A stretch of DNA of 33,690 nt from Nemertoderma westbladi. Its lineage: Eukaryota > Animalia > Xenacoelomorpha. Where the stretch lies: positions 1 to 33,690 of the forward strand of contig JAUCBJ010008564.1 in the NCBI GenBank assembly GCA_032718475.1, given 5' to 3'. The position numbers were made by a program, and so were the translations under genes. Shown here one piece after another: positions 18,589 through 29,333 of this stretch (position 1 is its first letter; the number at the start of each line of letters is the position of its first letter). The notes beneath the pieces are model-generated. The model was given only the letters and a program-made list of their open reading frames with translations. It was not told where the DNA came from and did not search any database.

Positions 18589-20682
18589 TTAACTTAGTTC
18601 GGAATTGGGTTGTCCAGCAAAGATGTCTTCGGCTAGTTCTTTGTCGATGAATGTTCCTGTGCTACCGGAGTCAAGGAGGGCGTTCACTATATAACTCCTT
18701 TTAGATCCGTGGACCCTCAACTGTACTACTGGAAATTTTCGGATTCCTACATTGGAAGTTGGTGCTTTCCAAGATGGTTGTCGGTCAGAAGTAGTTAGGG
18801 GGAGCTCGCTATCGGTGTCCTTTTCATACGTAAGTGCTCGATACACTGCGGTATTTATCAGGTAACAGGATTCGTTTTCATCGGAGAATTCGTCCGTATA
18901 GAATCCTTCCATCTCAGAACTTTGGTCAGTGTCGTTCACATCACTGAATTGGACATGCAGTTCGGAATCACTTACCTGACTCGGGCTGTTTCGTTCGAAT
19001 TCAGTATGCAACAAGAGATGATGTTTTGCGCCGCACTTCGCACACCTTGCGTCTGAGTAACAGGTTCGCCGTTGGTGTCCTTGTCTGAGGCAATTATAAC
19101 ACAACCGCTTATCCCACATGACTTCCCGTCTATCCTTTAATGATTTCTTTAGGAATTTATCACACACATTCAAACGGTGGGTCCCATCACATAGCGCACA
19201 TTTCGGTTTGATATTACTTACCTTATTTTGAGTAACGTTGTGCACACTCGTTCTTTCTTCGGGCTTTCTTACCTGAATTCTCTTAGGAGACGTAGGAGGA
19301 GTTTTTCTTACCTGTTCTCTCCTGTCATTGGTTCGAGACTTGAATTTACTTACGTCTTTAGGCGTTTTATTGACATAATAAGATCTTTCAGTGTCTTTCC
19401 CGCTGTCTTCTTCTTGAGAAGCCTGGCTTTCGCCGTCGTCGGTATAACACACTGGTGTTACCTTTCTCCTAGAAACGGGTTTCTCACTTACCTTGTTTTC
19501 CGGTGTCTTCTCTTTGGACTGCTTTAGGAGCTGTAATTTCACTTCTCCATCTAAGAATGACATGAGATCAGCCATGGTAGGGTCTCGTCGTTGTTGTTCC
19601 ATCATATATAACACTTTCTTATCCCAGCGTGTACCTACTCCACCCTTAGGTAAAGTAGAGGCCACGGCTCCAATAACCATAGAACTCTGATATTCATGAG
19701 ACTTACCTAGCCAATCTAATTGTCTACAGATCTCCTGAATCTCATCGGAAAACTCTATAATCCCGCTGCTAATGAACTTTCGGGGCGCTACCAATTTTGC
19801 ATACAAATACCTAGCTATGTTATTCCTATTACCATACCTGGTGTTTAGTGTATCCCAAACTTGTCTTAATCCATCTGGATGTCCAATAAACTTTAACGCC
19901 ATTAACTTGGGAGATCCTTCCAAGCACTCAATGAGGAATCTAAGTTTCTCTCCATTAGATAGCACAGAGTTCTGTATGTTATCTTTGTAATATTCATTAA
20001 AAGGTAACCATTTCATCTCATCTCCATTGAACTTGACTATCTCTCCCACCTTTACCGCTTGACGGGCTTCGGTTCTAGCCATTTGACGCGTAAAACTTTC
20101 TTGGGCCATCGTGTTATTTAATATCGAGTTATCGGTATATAAATTTCTCGGATTATAATCAGGTCTATAGGGAATATCATTGTCAACCGGTTTATAATTA
20201 CCCTTAATAGGGTTTACTATAGGAGTTTCCACTTCACTAGCTGTATAGATGCGTGTAGGCTCCACACCTTGCGCATGAAATACTTCAGGCCTAACAGGTT
20301 GACACATTGTTACAGGGGGTGGTGGTATACCCTTTTGTATATTTACTAATTTATCGTGTTCTAACGCGATACTTTGCTGCACTTCTTGCAACTCTAACCT
20401 ACTTTCCCTTACTGTTCCCTTAAACTGATGAACAGTCTCCTGCATCTGCCCGAGCAGGAGATTCATCCCTCGCCGCCCCTCATCCACCCACTCGACCGCC
20501 GAAGCAGGAGCCGCCAACGTAGTAGCGGGCAGACGAGAGACGACGGGCGATAAATTCTTGATGTCTTGCTCGGCGTCCAGGACGGGTTCGGACTCGGGAA
20601 CAGTCCTACTGGGCACAGGTAGTTTAGTACTGTGCAAAGGGAATTTAGAGGTAGGTTCTGGGAGTACAGGTGTCTCTATCAC
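18589..20682 (-). CDS. Inner Gag (capsid-like domain, three CCHC knuckles) and protease N-half
   Basis: KFNGDEMKWLPF...LNTRYG; CALCDGTHRLNVC, CYNCLRQGHQRRTC, CAKCGAKHHLLLH (BEL triple knuckle); ALLDSGSTGTFI. Confidence 0.95.
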   Translation of the reverse strand: MIETPVLPEPTSKFPLHSTKLPVPSRTVPESEPVLDAEQDIKNLSPVVSRLPATTLAAPASAVEWVDEGRRGMNLLLGQMQETVHQFKGTVRESRLELQEVQQSIALEHDKLVNIQKGIPPPPVTMCQPVRPEVFHAQGVEPTRIYTASEVETPIVNPIKGNYKPVDNDIPYRPDYNPRNLYTDNSILNNTMAQESFTRQMARTEARQAVKVGEIVKFNGDEMKWLPFNEYYKDNIQNSVLSNGEKLRFLIECLEGSPKLMALKFIGHPDGLRQVWDTLNTRYGNRNNIARYLYAKLVAPRKFISSGIIEFSDEIQEICRQLDWLGKSHEYQSSMVIGAVASTLPKGGVGTRWDKKVLYMMEQQRRDPTMADLMSFLDGEVKLQLLKQSKEKTPENKVSEKPVSRRKVTPVCYTDDGESQASQEEDSGKDTERSYYVNKTPKDVSKFKSRTNDRREQVRKTPPTSPKRIQVRKPEERTSVHNVTQNKVSNIKPKCALCDGTHRLNVCDKFLKKSLKDRREVMWDKRLCYNCLRQGHQRRTCYSDARCAKCGAKHHLLLHTEFERNSPSQVSDSELHVQFSDVNDTDQSSEMEGFYTDEFSDENESCYLINTAVYRALTYEKDTDSELPLTTSDRQPSWKAPTSNVGIRKFPVVQLRVHGSKRSYIVNALLDSGSTGTFIDKELAEDIFAGQPNSELS

Positions 20683-20756
20683 TGAAGGGGTGGCTTCGAG
20701 AACAGGCCTAATTATTTCAGGCTCATCTACTATGGTAGGGAGTCTTTCTATTTTAA

Positions 20757-22393
20757 TTATTTGGCTGTGGGTTCTATACTACCTAAGTCTGTGTTAGTTA
20801 GTTGCCTTCTAACAGCTGGGGGCAAATCAGGCAATTTCTGACGGTGGGACATTCTTCTATGCCTACTTAAACGAGATCTATTTCCTCCGCCTTCAGGATC
20901 GGTGGTATCGCCTTCATCAGAGGATGTAAATCCCTGTCTTTTGGGAGTAGATCGACTCATCATCTGCATTTGACTAGCTGTTAACTGTTTATTTATGCAG
21001 TCTTGATTCTCTTGAATATTTTCCAACTCTAGTTGGGTGGTCTCTTCAGATGCTCTTCGTTCTGCTTCTGCCACTGCTCGCTTTCTTTCCGCTTCTGCCG
21101 CTTTTCTTTCCGCTTCTGCCGCTGCCGCTTTTGCCTCTGCCGCTGCCTCTGCCGCTTTTCTTTCCACTTCTGCCACTTTTCTTTCTGCTTCTGCCGATGC
21201 CACTGCCGCTGCTGCTGTCTTTCTGTCTTCTATACGTTTTTTCTTGACTTGTTCTTCTTGGACCCTAGCGATGCGGAGCCTTTCATCAAATTTAGCTTGG
21301 TCCGCAGCTATCATATCCGCATCGATTGCGTCCAACACAAGCTTGGCTCCTTCACTATTAGGGCTAAGTCCAGACAGCCGTCTCCTCAACTCTTCGTCAC
21401 CTACAAATCGTTGATAGTCTGACAGATAGATGTCAATAGCATCCCTCTTATGCGGTTTTTCTGCTGTCACTTCACTTTCCACTTGGGAAAAGGTAGCGTC
21501 TGTTGATTCTCCATGGGTTGAGCGCTCAGCCAACTGAGATTTCCACGGGGCAGTTCTTTGAACTTTGAGACTCACCCGCTGAAACCAAGTCTTTACGGCA
21601 ACTTGCAATGACGTGTCTTGTCTTCTTTTCGAAGCCTCCTCAAAGGCCGATAAGATTAGTCTGATTCTTAGAATTCTTTCTCTAACTTGATAAAGCAGCT
21701 CTCCCTGCTCTTGAGGTCCTTGTGGTTGTCGAAACAGTTGTTCCTCTAATCGCTCCATAGAGCTGAAGAATCCCTGTACGTATCCTGCTGCTGACCTCTT
21801 CCACACAGCTGGATCGCTGGTTTCTTTTGTCACTCCCATCCTGTGTATGTCTTCCCAGGCAGCTTCCGATAAGTCAAACGGGAGTCCGGGTCCGGGGAAG
21901 TCCATTGCGACTCGACAATAGACTTCAGTTCTTCCCTTGTATATCCCACATAACTATCCTTGGTCGATCGCTTACTTCTCGCCCAATCAATCTGGTGTTC
22001 CTCCACCGCAATCAATACCCTAGTGAGTACAGCTGCAGGAAGGATGAGAAGGGGATCCGAATAAACCGCATCTGCCATCTTTGCTCCGCACTCGGGTGTC
22101 AGCTCTACAGTATCCGCACTACTGGAGCTGTCGGGCTGCTGAGAAATAAGTTCTCGGCTCGAGTGTTGCTGCTGTTCCGCTGCTTCTTGGTCCCGCTTGA
22201 CCTGAGCTCGAGTGCCTATGATAGACCTACGGTGTTGGACTAGCCTAGGGTCTGATACTACTACTGGAGGGATGATCTTTCTTACAGTAGGAGGTGAGTT
22301 GAACTTCGGTCTCACACGTTCCACACTCCTGTCTGGGTCACAGATGGTTGTATCTAGGAGACTGTCTGACAGGTTTTGCTTTGTGTCAGACAT
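20757..22393 (-). pseudogene. Inner Gag N-terminal extension (two frameshifted ORFs, Ala/Glu/Lys coiled-coil repeats)
   Basis: ATG at 22393; ORFs 21830-22393 and 20757-21905 overlap; AEAERKAAEA repeats. Confidence 0.75.
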
Positions 22394-22527
22394 GTTTGTT
22401 TGTACAGTTGAATGCCTACTGCTATATTACAGTTTAAGCAAGTCTAGTAATTCAGTATCACCGTTAGCCTAGTAATTAATTACCGATATCGTTACTCTAT
22501 GTAACGTGATATATATACAATATATTA

Positions 22528-23022
22528 GAATACCGGTATACAATTATAGTATGTATATAAGTATTATTACAGACTAGGTTTGTCACAGAATACCGGTATA
22601 TAATTTCAGCACAAATATATAAATATATAATAAGCCTATCGTGAATACCGGTATACAGCTTACTCTTATAGTATATATAAGTATAATTATGGACTAGAAT
22701 TAATTACAGAATACCGGTATATAATTTCAGCACAAATATATAGAAATATATAATAGGCCTATCGTGAATACTGGTATACAGCTTACACTTATAGTATGTA
22801 TATAAGTATAATTATAGACTAGAATTAATTACAGAATACCTGTATATAATTTCAGCACAAATATATAGAAATATATAATAGGCCTATCGTGAATACCGGT
22901 ATACAGCTTACACTTATAGTATATAAGTATAATTATAGACTAGAATTAATTACAGAATACCGGTATATAATTTCAGCACAAATATATAGAAATATATAAT
23001 AGGCCCATCGCAAATACCGGTA
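22528..23022. repeat. ~124-bp tandem repeat x4 in inner 5' UTR
   Basis: Units each contain two GAATACCGGTATA motifs; starts near 22528, 22643, 22767 and 22891. Confidence 0.93.
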
Positions 23023-23979
23023 TGTCAATTATTTTAGAATAATTGAATTTCTGAATTTTAGGGATTACTTGTTTACTTTACTTTACTTGATTACTGTTAT
23101 TTAAGCAGTAGTCCAACTGACATTAAGACCTAATTGATGTATGACAGGCCTACTATTTTATAAATCGGTTTGAGTTGATTTATAATATATGTGTACCCGT
23201 TTAATGGGTTTTGTCAATATTTGAAATAAATGTTATTATTTCTGGGAAGGAGTCACTACACAGAAGCTGTGCGCTCTCAGTGAAGTGCTACTTGTTGGAC
23301 ACTAAAACAAATAATTCTAATTTACCTAAGTTACTTAATACTACAAATTGCGTACAATTCGGGGTGAGATTACAATCTCTAAATAACCACAAAAATTACA
23401 CGTACGAATTTTTAGGGTAATTTTACAAGGAGTCTACAAACCAGCCTAACAAAGGGTTAGAATATCTGGTTATTACAAACAGACAGGATACTACGGTATT
23501 TGAAAATAACAAAGCAGTAGTAAATATACTGCGTTGTCCAGATAGGAAAAATACCACCATCTGACGACTTATAGCCGTATCGCTATAAGTACTACGTTAT
23601 GTATCACGGAGTGTTCCTACCTAGAAGTTAATTACCGCGGTCTACCAGAACCAACGTGCCTATTAACCACTTTACAACACAAATATACTGCCTACACACT
23701 AATTACCTTCGGAAAGTATTGTACACTAAACCCTAAATTAGGTACAAGTACTTATATAACAAATAACCAGCAGTTAGAAATACTTGTACAGCTAAAAGAA
23801 CCACGGTATCTGCTGGAGTGACCGGGGCACAAAATCACCAGTCTTTACCTACGCCAAGCAGCCCTGATGTAGTACCGGGGTTAATTTAACTATAACGGTA
23901 TGTATAACAAGCACAATTACTCTAGGAATAAACTTGGGGATATGAATGTTGCGAATAATCTCATAAACTCTGAATAATA

Positions 23980-24551
23980 AATATTACGCTACACGGACAG
24001 ACTACTCAAACAAAATACAGACCAAACGCTGACAGACTACTATCAAGCCTAAACAAACTACAGTATATGCAGACTCCGAAATGGTTAGTTAGTATGCGTT
24101 CTAACCGAGTAGTACGACTTATTCTTTCAGGGGGATTTACCTCACAGCACTGGAAGCCCCTACATTCCTAACTGGTACTTTATCGGACATACACTCTACA
24201 CACACCGCAATCTCTTCAGACCTAACAACAGCCAGACAACAATCCAGCCTACAAATTATCTAAATAAGAAATATTACGCTACCCGTACAGACTACACATA
24301 CAAAATACAGACCAAACGCTGGCAGACTACTATCAAGCCTAAACAAACTACAGTATATGCAGACTCTGAAATGGTTAGTTAGTATGCGTTCTAACCGAGT
24401 AGTACGACTTATTCTTTCAAGGGGATTTACCTCACAGCACTGGAAGCCCCTACGTTCCTAACTAGTACTTTATCGGACATACACTCTACACACACTACAA
24501 TCTCTTCAGACTTAACAACAGTCAGACAACAGTCCAGCCTACAAATTATCT
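23980..24551. repeat. 290-bp tandem duplication in inner 5' UTR
   Basis: AATATTACGCTAC...CCAGCCTACAAATTATCT at ~23980 and ~24270, high identity. Confidence 0.95.
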
Positions 24552-24899
24552 GTACAATCTGAGCAGGCTTACACGTCTTCTGCTCAATATTAGCCTACAA
24601 ATAAATACAACTGACAGAAATAAGTAAACCATACAAAGGAATAAGGGGTGATCAATCCCTAATCCCCTAACAGCCTACAATATACAATATATCACAATCG
24701 AAATAATACTGCTGTACCTGTACTGCTGTAAGTACCGGTTCGGGTGGTTAGGTAGTTAGGCCTACTGGGTACCGGTTGACCGGTACTTCAGCTTTATTGC
24801 CTACTGCAATACAGAAGCAATAACTGTTATTGTTCTTACCAGAACAATATTAAACTGTATTTATTGCCTACACTGCAATCAGAATTCAATAACTGTTAT

Positions 24900-26087
24900 T
24901 GTTCGCGCTTTCAGACCTTTAGCAGTTTAACCTGCCAAATTTAGATGTCTTCTAGATTATATTTAGATGTCTTCTAGATTATAAATCGACTTTAGCCTAT
25001 GACGAGTATTTGATACACTACATTAGCCGAAGCCAGTCTATGCGCGACCATTCACCCGCTGGATATACCCGGGAGACTGGATTCAGAAGCTTTGACCTTA
25101 TTGCGGTGTAGGCCTACTGTATTATTCGACTGATCGTTAATATATAATTTCTGACCAATATTATTCACTTTCGGGAACTATTATCAGTTCCTTTAGGACG
25201 TGGTGCTCTAAATATGTAAACAGAGTTATGACTTACACTAGACACAACGGGATGGCTATGGATTCACGTATAAAGCGCATTCTTTAGGAGATGCTTTGTT
25301 ATCAGTCACAATCATGCACACTACCGCACAATGCTGCACACCGATCTGCCGACCTTCACTAATTTTAGTCACATATAAAGAGAACAACAACCGACACATG
25401 TAGTGCCTATGAAATAGCATTAGATTCACTCCAAAACCAATATAATGTAAGTCGCAATTGTTATATGTAACCGGTCTCTTACCTTCAGTATATCAAGAAG
25501 ATTGGGGGTTTTATAATTATTTATCGATATTATCCAATATAATAATATTCCATCAACTGATATAATTAATAACCAACAGTAAATAGCAGTAAAAATGGGG
25601 TGTTTGTAGGTGACAATATGATTTGCATTGATATGCAGTGTGTTGAGTTGGTATGGTTTGATAACAGTTATATGTTTCTATGACCAAAGCCTACTAATGT
25701 TTGGCTAAAGCCTGAAACACAGAAATTCCAAAGCCGGTCTTCTGGCTGTGGACAAAATACACATACTGACTGATATTTCTGTATACAATCTCCAACACAG
25801 AGTGAAAACCGCTCTGATTGGTCGACCAAACAAAGAACGAACAAAGAAAAGTTACACGTGGACACAGCTGATAGATGTCGTCATCGGAGTTCCGATGTTT
25901 AGAGTATTTGGCTTATTGCGACATAAAATCGCTAGTTATGTCCGCTAAAGTACACATACAGAAGAAATGGCTTTTTATGTCCACTAAAACACCGGTACAG
26001 TAAGGAAACGGCTTTTTATGTCCGTTAAAACACCTACAGAGTACTTTGCGGGAAAAACAACCAGCTAATTCCGCAAAAGCCTTTACA
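24900..26087 (-). repeat. 5' LTR of inner element (1188 bp)
   Basis: Matches 7132-8280; followed on + by TSD ACCGG. Confidence 0.96.
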
Positions 26088-27255
26088 ACCGGGCGTGCAT
26101 ATCATCCCGCACACGCTTTCCCGTTCTCTCTCTCTCCCTGTCCTCTCGCAAACTCTGGTTCGCCAACTCTGTTTCTCTCGCCACCCGCTCTCTACGCTCG
26201 CTCATCTCTCTCGTCTCTCGCTCCTTACGCTCGTTCTCTACCCTCATTTCTCGCTCTTTGCACTCGTTCTCTACCCTCATTTCCCACTCTTTACGCTCCT
26301 CTTTCTCCCTCTCTTCTTGCTCCATACAGTTCCTGGCCACCCTCTCAGCACTCTCTTTACACTCCTTCGCCAGTTCTCTCTCTTTCTCTAGCAACGCAGC
26401 TCCCTCCTCCAGCTGCCTCTCTAACTCCTTTTGGTCTAACGCCACTATATCGAGCTGGCACGCCAGATCGATTTCTAACACCCTTCTTACTTTTGGGGAG
26501 GATGTAGCAGACTTGTCGGTCGCGACGGACTCCCGTTGCCTCCCCGTCCTATTAACTTTCCCCCGCTTTCTGAGGTTTTCGCCGACCGACGAGACCGAAT
26601 CCTCGGGGTTAACCTCGGATTCGCCCTCTCGCGGTCCCTGCCAACCCACTAACTTAATTCCCCTGGCATCCACTAAGTATGGCCCTATGTACACTACACC
26701 GGGCTCCATACCCCTAGATTGCCACAGCTCGAACAGTTCAGTGGCGGTCTCTCTCGCCCTCTCACCCGCCAACTCTCCTTGCCCAAACCGAACCAGATAG
26801 TTAAAATGTCTGTTCGACTCACCTAGTCGCTGTTCTAGCTTCACCTGGTCCAGTTTTGTCCCCTCCTTGGCTTCCTTCAACTGTCTCCTTGTTGCGTTGT
26901 AGGCTCGTCGCAACCGGTCGCTGACTCCGACGTCCTCGTCGTCGACCTCCCCTCTTTCTCTCCGTGTTCGGCGTCGTACCGGCGGCCCCACCGTCGCCGT
27001 TCCGGTGGGCCGTCCATCGCCCTCAGCCTGTGGCTGGCCAGCGACATCGGTACCTCGTGTGCCATCGTGCGTCGACTCGTCTCTCCCTCCTCTCCACTCG
27101 CTCGTCCCTCATTGTAGATGGCCGCCCTCTGCCTGAGCTATCGGGTCGTTCGTGGTCGACGATCCTGGCATCGTGGGTCGATACCGTCGCATTGCAGCCT
27201 CGCGGCCTTGCGGATCATTTCGTTCGTATCGTCCGGGGTCCGCGGCGGTGTCGTC
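26088..27255 (-). pseudogene. Outer element gag N-terminal coiled-coil region, cut by the Polinton upstream and the inner LTR element downstream
   Basis: ORF 26083-26991 is in the same frame as 27109-27306, with a single TGA at 27109-27111 between them. E/R/K coiled coil. Joins 7126 in frame (DDMHAR|LRGLMQ). Confidence 0.8.
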
Positions 27256-27331
27256 AGTAGTAGGCATAACAACGTGATTGAGACAGCGTCTGCCATAGTC
27301 TACCATGTTAAAGAATTTGCCGAACGGCTCT

Positions 27332-27625
27332 TGCCCCGCCTACTTACTATGATTACTATTGTTGCCCCACCCACTTACTATGGTTACCATGGTTACCATT
27401 GTGCATATGTAACATATGTCACCGCTGTGTATATATGTGACATACACGGTATAAGACCAGTTTGCAGGCGTGCCCCGCCTACTTACTATGATTACTATTG
27501 TTGCCCCACCCACTTACTATGGTTACCATGGTTACCATTCTTGACCCCGCCATGGTTACTATGGTTACCATTGTGCATATGTGACATATGTCACCACTGT
27601 GTATATGCGACATATGCGGTATAAG
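27332..27625. repeat. Nested tandem repeats in the putative Polinton TIR (~139-bp period; ATGGTTACC units)
   Basis: TGCCCCGCCTACTTACTATGATTACTATTGTTGCCCCACCCACTTACTATGGTTACCATGGTTACCATT at 27332 and 27471. Confidence 0.9.
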
Positions 27626-27776
27626 GCCACTCCACAGACGGAAGTAATTTAATTAATTCGTGTCTACCGGTCGGCGTTTGACCTTGAACCGCAATAGGTA
27701 AAGTGGGCAAACCCATAATATTACACTTTTAATTACAGTTGCAACAGCTCATCTCCAATTTAAATAAACACAGACT

Positions 27777-27985
27777 TATGGGGGCGAGCCATGAAGTGAG
27801 TGATAGCATCGAAGTGAGGTTATTGTATTTATACTTATCACTACGCAACAAGTTGTGGGGGGGCGAGCCGTGAAGTGAGTATAAGGTTATAGTATTTATA
27901 ATATTATTTTAATAATTTGATTATTCTACCTATGGGGCGAGCCATGAAGTGAGTGATAGCATCGAAGTAAGGTTATTGTATTTAT
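27777..27985. repeat. Three subterminal repeats GGGGCGAGCC.TGAAGTGAGT...AGGTTAT.GTATTTA
   Basis: Copies near 27777, 27857 and 27931. Confidence 0.9.
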
Positions 27986-28015
27986 AATTATTAATTGTCG
28001 AAATTATTACTTACA

Positions 28016-28306
28016 TTAATTTTCGGTTGGAGGCGGCGTATGTGTTTCGCCGACCATTCGCGGGGGGCATACACACATCGATCGCCCCCCAGCGATAGGC
28101 AAGACGATCGCCGGGCGCGTCGGGACCAAATCATCGTTGATCATTGACCGTGAGTTAAATTCAATTGAGTGCATCACCCACACCCTGCGTGCCCACTCAG
28201 CTTTTTTGAGAAGTTTCCTGTTTGATTTTTCCAAATTAAATGGCGGAGGATGATACTCGAAGGGTTGGACAACTAATAACTTCGGGTTTTTACCGCCTTC
28301 AGCCAT
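28016..28306 (-). CDS. Polinton small hypothetical protein (96 aa)
   Basis: ATGG start after an AT-rich leader; GC-richer than its flanks; co-oriented with the other Polinton genes. Confidence 0.55.
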   Translation of the reverse strand: MAEGGKNPKLLVVQPFEYHPPPFNLEKSNRKLLKKAEWARRVWVMHSIEFNSRSMINDDLVPTRPAIVLPIAGGRSMCVCPPRMVGETHTPPPTEN

Positions 28307-28638
28307 TGATATTGAATTGAAAATTAATTTAATAATTAATAAATTATAAGAATATAAGAATAATATTAAAAATTAAAATAATAATGTGATGCCGCTATCA
28401 CTATTCTCAATGTTATTATATAGCAAACTAGCTAACTAATTTTCTATGCTTCACGGCGTATCTATATTATTTCTTTTGCAAAACTGCCCACATATGTGAG
28501 TAAATTGAACTCAGAGCTTTGATTGTCGTTAGAGCGTTTAATTATTGCCTAATTCGCGTAGCCTGGATTGAGATTCTGGCCTTTGTGTTAACCGCGTAAG
28601 TTGGGCGGCAGATGCTTGGGTCCCAATGTGCTCTGTGC

Positions 28639-28887
28639 CTAATTATTATTATTTCCGGTTTTACCAGATACGTTAAAGAGACCCCCGCCCGTAAGGTTTC
28701 TGTGAAGACCCCAACCCATATCACTTACCGTGCCCCATATATTTATTAAAAATATTGCTATTACTATATACCCAAGAAATAAATATTTATTATTAATATT
28801 AACGCTAATAATAATATGTTCACACACCGTAATTGAATATACCCATAACCAAAATAAATAAATTATTTTATTAATGAAAGTGTCCAC
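28639..28887 (-). CDS. Polinton small hydrophobic (membrane) protein (82 aa)
   Basis: Two hydrophobic stretches (IIYLFWLWVYSITV; YLFLGYIVIAIFLINIW); overlaps the protease stop. Confidence 0.4.
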   Translation of the reverse strand: MDTFINKIIYLFWLWVYSITVCEHIIISVNINNKYLFLGYIVIAIFLINIWGTVSDMGWGLHRNLTGGGLFNVSGKTGNNNN

Positions 28888-29303
28888 TGTAATAACAATA
28901 AATCATTGTACCGCAAATTAGAGGTGAATATATTCATTGCTCTGGGATTTTTCGGCACCTCGGTTAAATAATACAGACAAAATAGACCACACTGAGTCGA
29001 TTGTGGCGCTTGAAATATTTTACGATTCCAAGTATGCCTTTGGGTATATTTATGCAACCAATATGATATTTTTGGTGGAGGCGCTTTACCAAACGAATCT
29101 AAATAATAAGCAATTCTGTTAACCACGCGCACGCAAGACCAGTGTTGTCCAGGTAGGCCTATACGTTGATTATTAATAATAAATGAATAATTTTGTTTAT
29201 GCTTATTTTTTTTTGTGTGTATTATGTGTAATTGGTCGATTGCGTAAACACCGATGTATTCGGGCCCCACCGGGAATTTCGCTAATTGTATAGAGTCCAA
29301 CAT
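28863..29303 (-). CDS. Adenain-like (C5) cysteine maturation protease
   Basis: GQHW...YLDSFG...FQAPQSTQCGLFCLYYL gives the His-Asp-Gln-Cys catalytic set. Confidence 0.93.
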   Translation of the reverse strand: MLDSIQLAKFPVGPEYIGVYAIDQLHIIHTKKNKHKQNYSFIINNQRIGLPGQHWSCVRVVNRIAYYLDSFGKAPPPKISYWLHKYTQRHTWNRKIFQAPQSTQCGLFCLYYLTEVPKNPRAMNIFTSNLRYNDLLLLQWTLSLIK

Positions 29304-29333
29304 CTTAGCGTACGCGTATCATTAAAAGTTTAT

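Larger units (their letters stand above)
7132..26087 (-). mobile_element. Full-length inner BEL/Pao LTR retrotransposon, 18,956 bp, with extra exonuclease ORF
   Basis: Two LTRs (7132-8280, 24900-26087) with TG...CA ends. TSD ACCGG at 7127-7131 and 26088-26092. Gag-PR-RT-RH-IN order with BEL-specific motifs. Confidence 0.96.
515..27255 (-). mobile_element. Outer BEL/Pao-type LTR retroelement (Gag-protease only, non-autonomous), split by a MITE, an inner BEL/Pao and a Polinton; 5' end presumably outside the window
   Basis: 3' LTR 515-1903 with adjacent PPT. BEL-type Gag (FKFDGSRPEEYLQF...LDREYG), CCHC knuckle, protease LVDSGA and TPFGWTLSGP motif. The reading frame rejoins across both fully visible inserts. 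Confidence 0.8.

Noticed and set aside
21033-21422. Cys/Phe/Arg-rich and Leu/Pro-rich plus-strand ORFs
   Set aside because: Antisense readings of the AEAERK repeat.
24911-24950. TGGCAGG.. (minus) as the inner element's PBS with a shorter LTR
   Set aside because: TGTTCGCGCTT is shared by both LTRs and the ACCGG TSD fixes the boundary at 7132/24900; this segment is a 24-bp indel inside the LTR.
25668-26800. ORFs within or leaving the 5' LTR
   Set aside because: Short and motif-free, disrupted by a 7-bp indel in the other LTR, or antisense to the outer gag.
27290-27320. ACCA|TGT as PBS + 5' LTR of the outer element
   Set aside because: The sequence from 27306 does not match LTR 515-1903 and lies inside the AGTAGT-initiated Polinton end.
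27118-27624. 168-aa plus-strand ORF
   Set aside because: Chimeric across the Polinton junction and composed of TIR tandem repeats.
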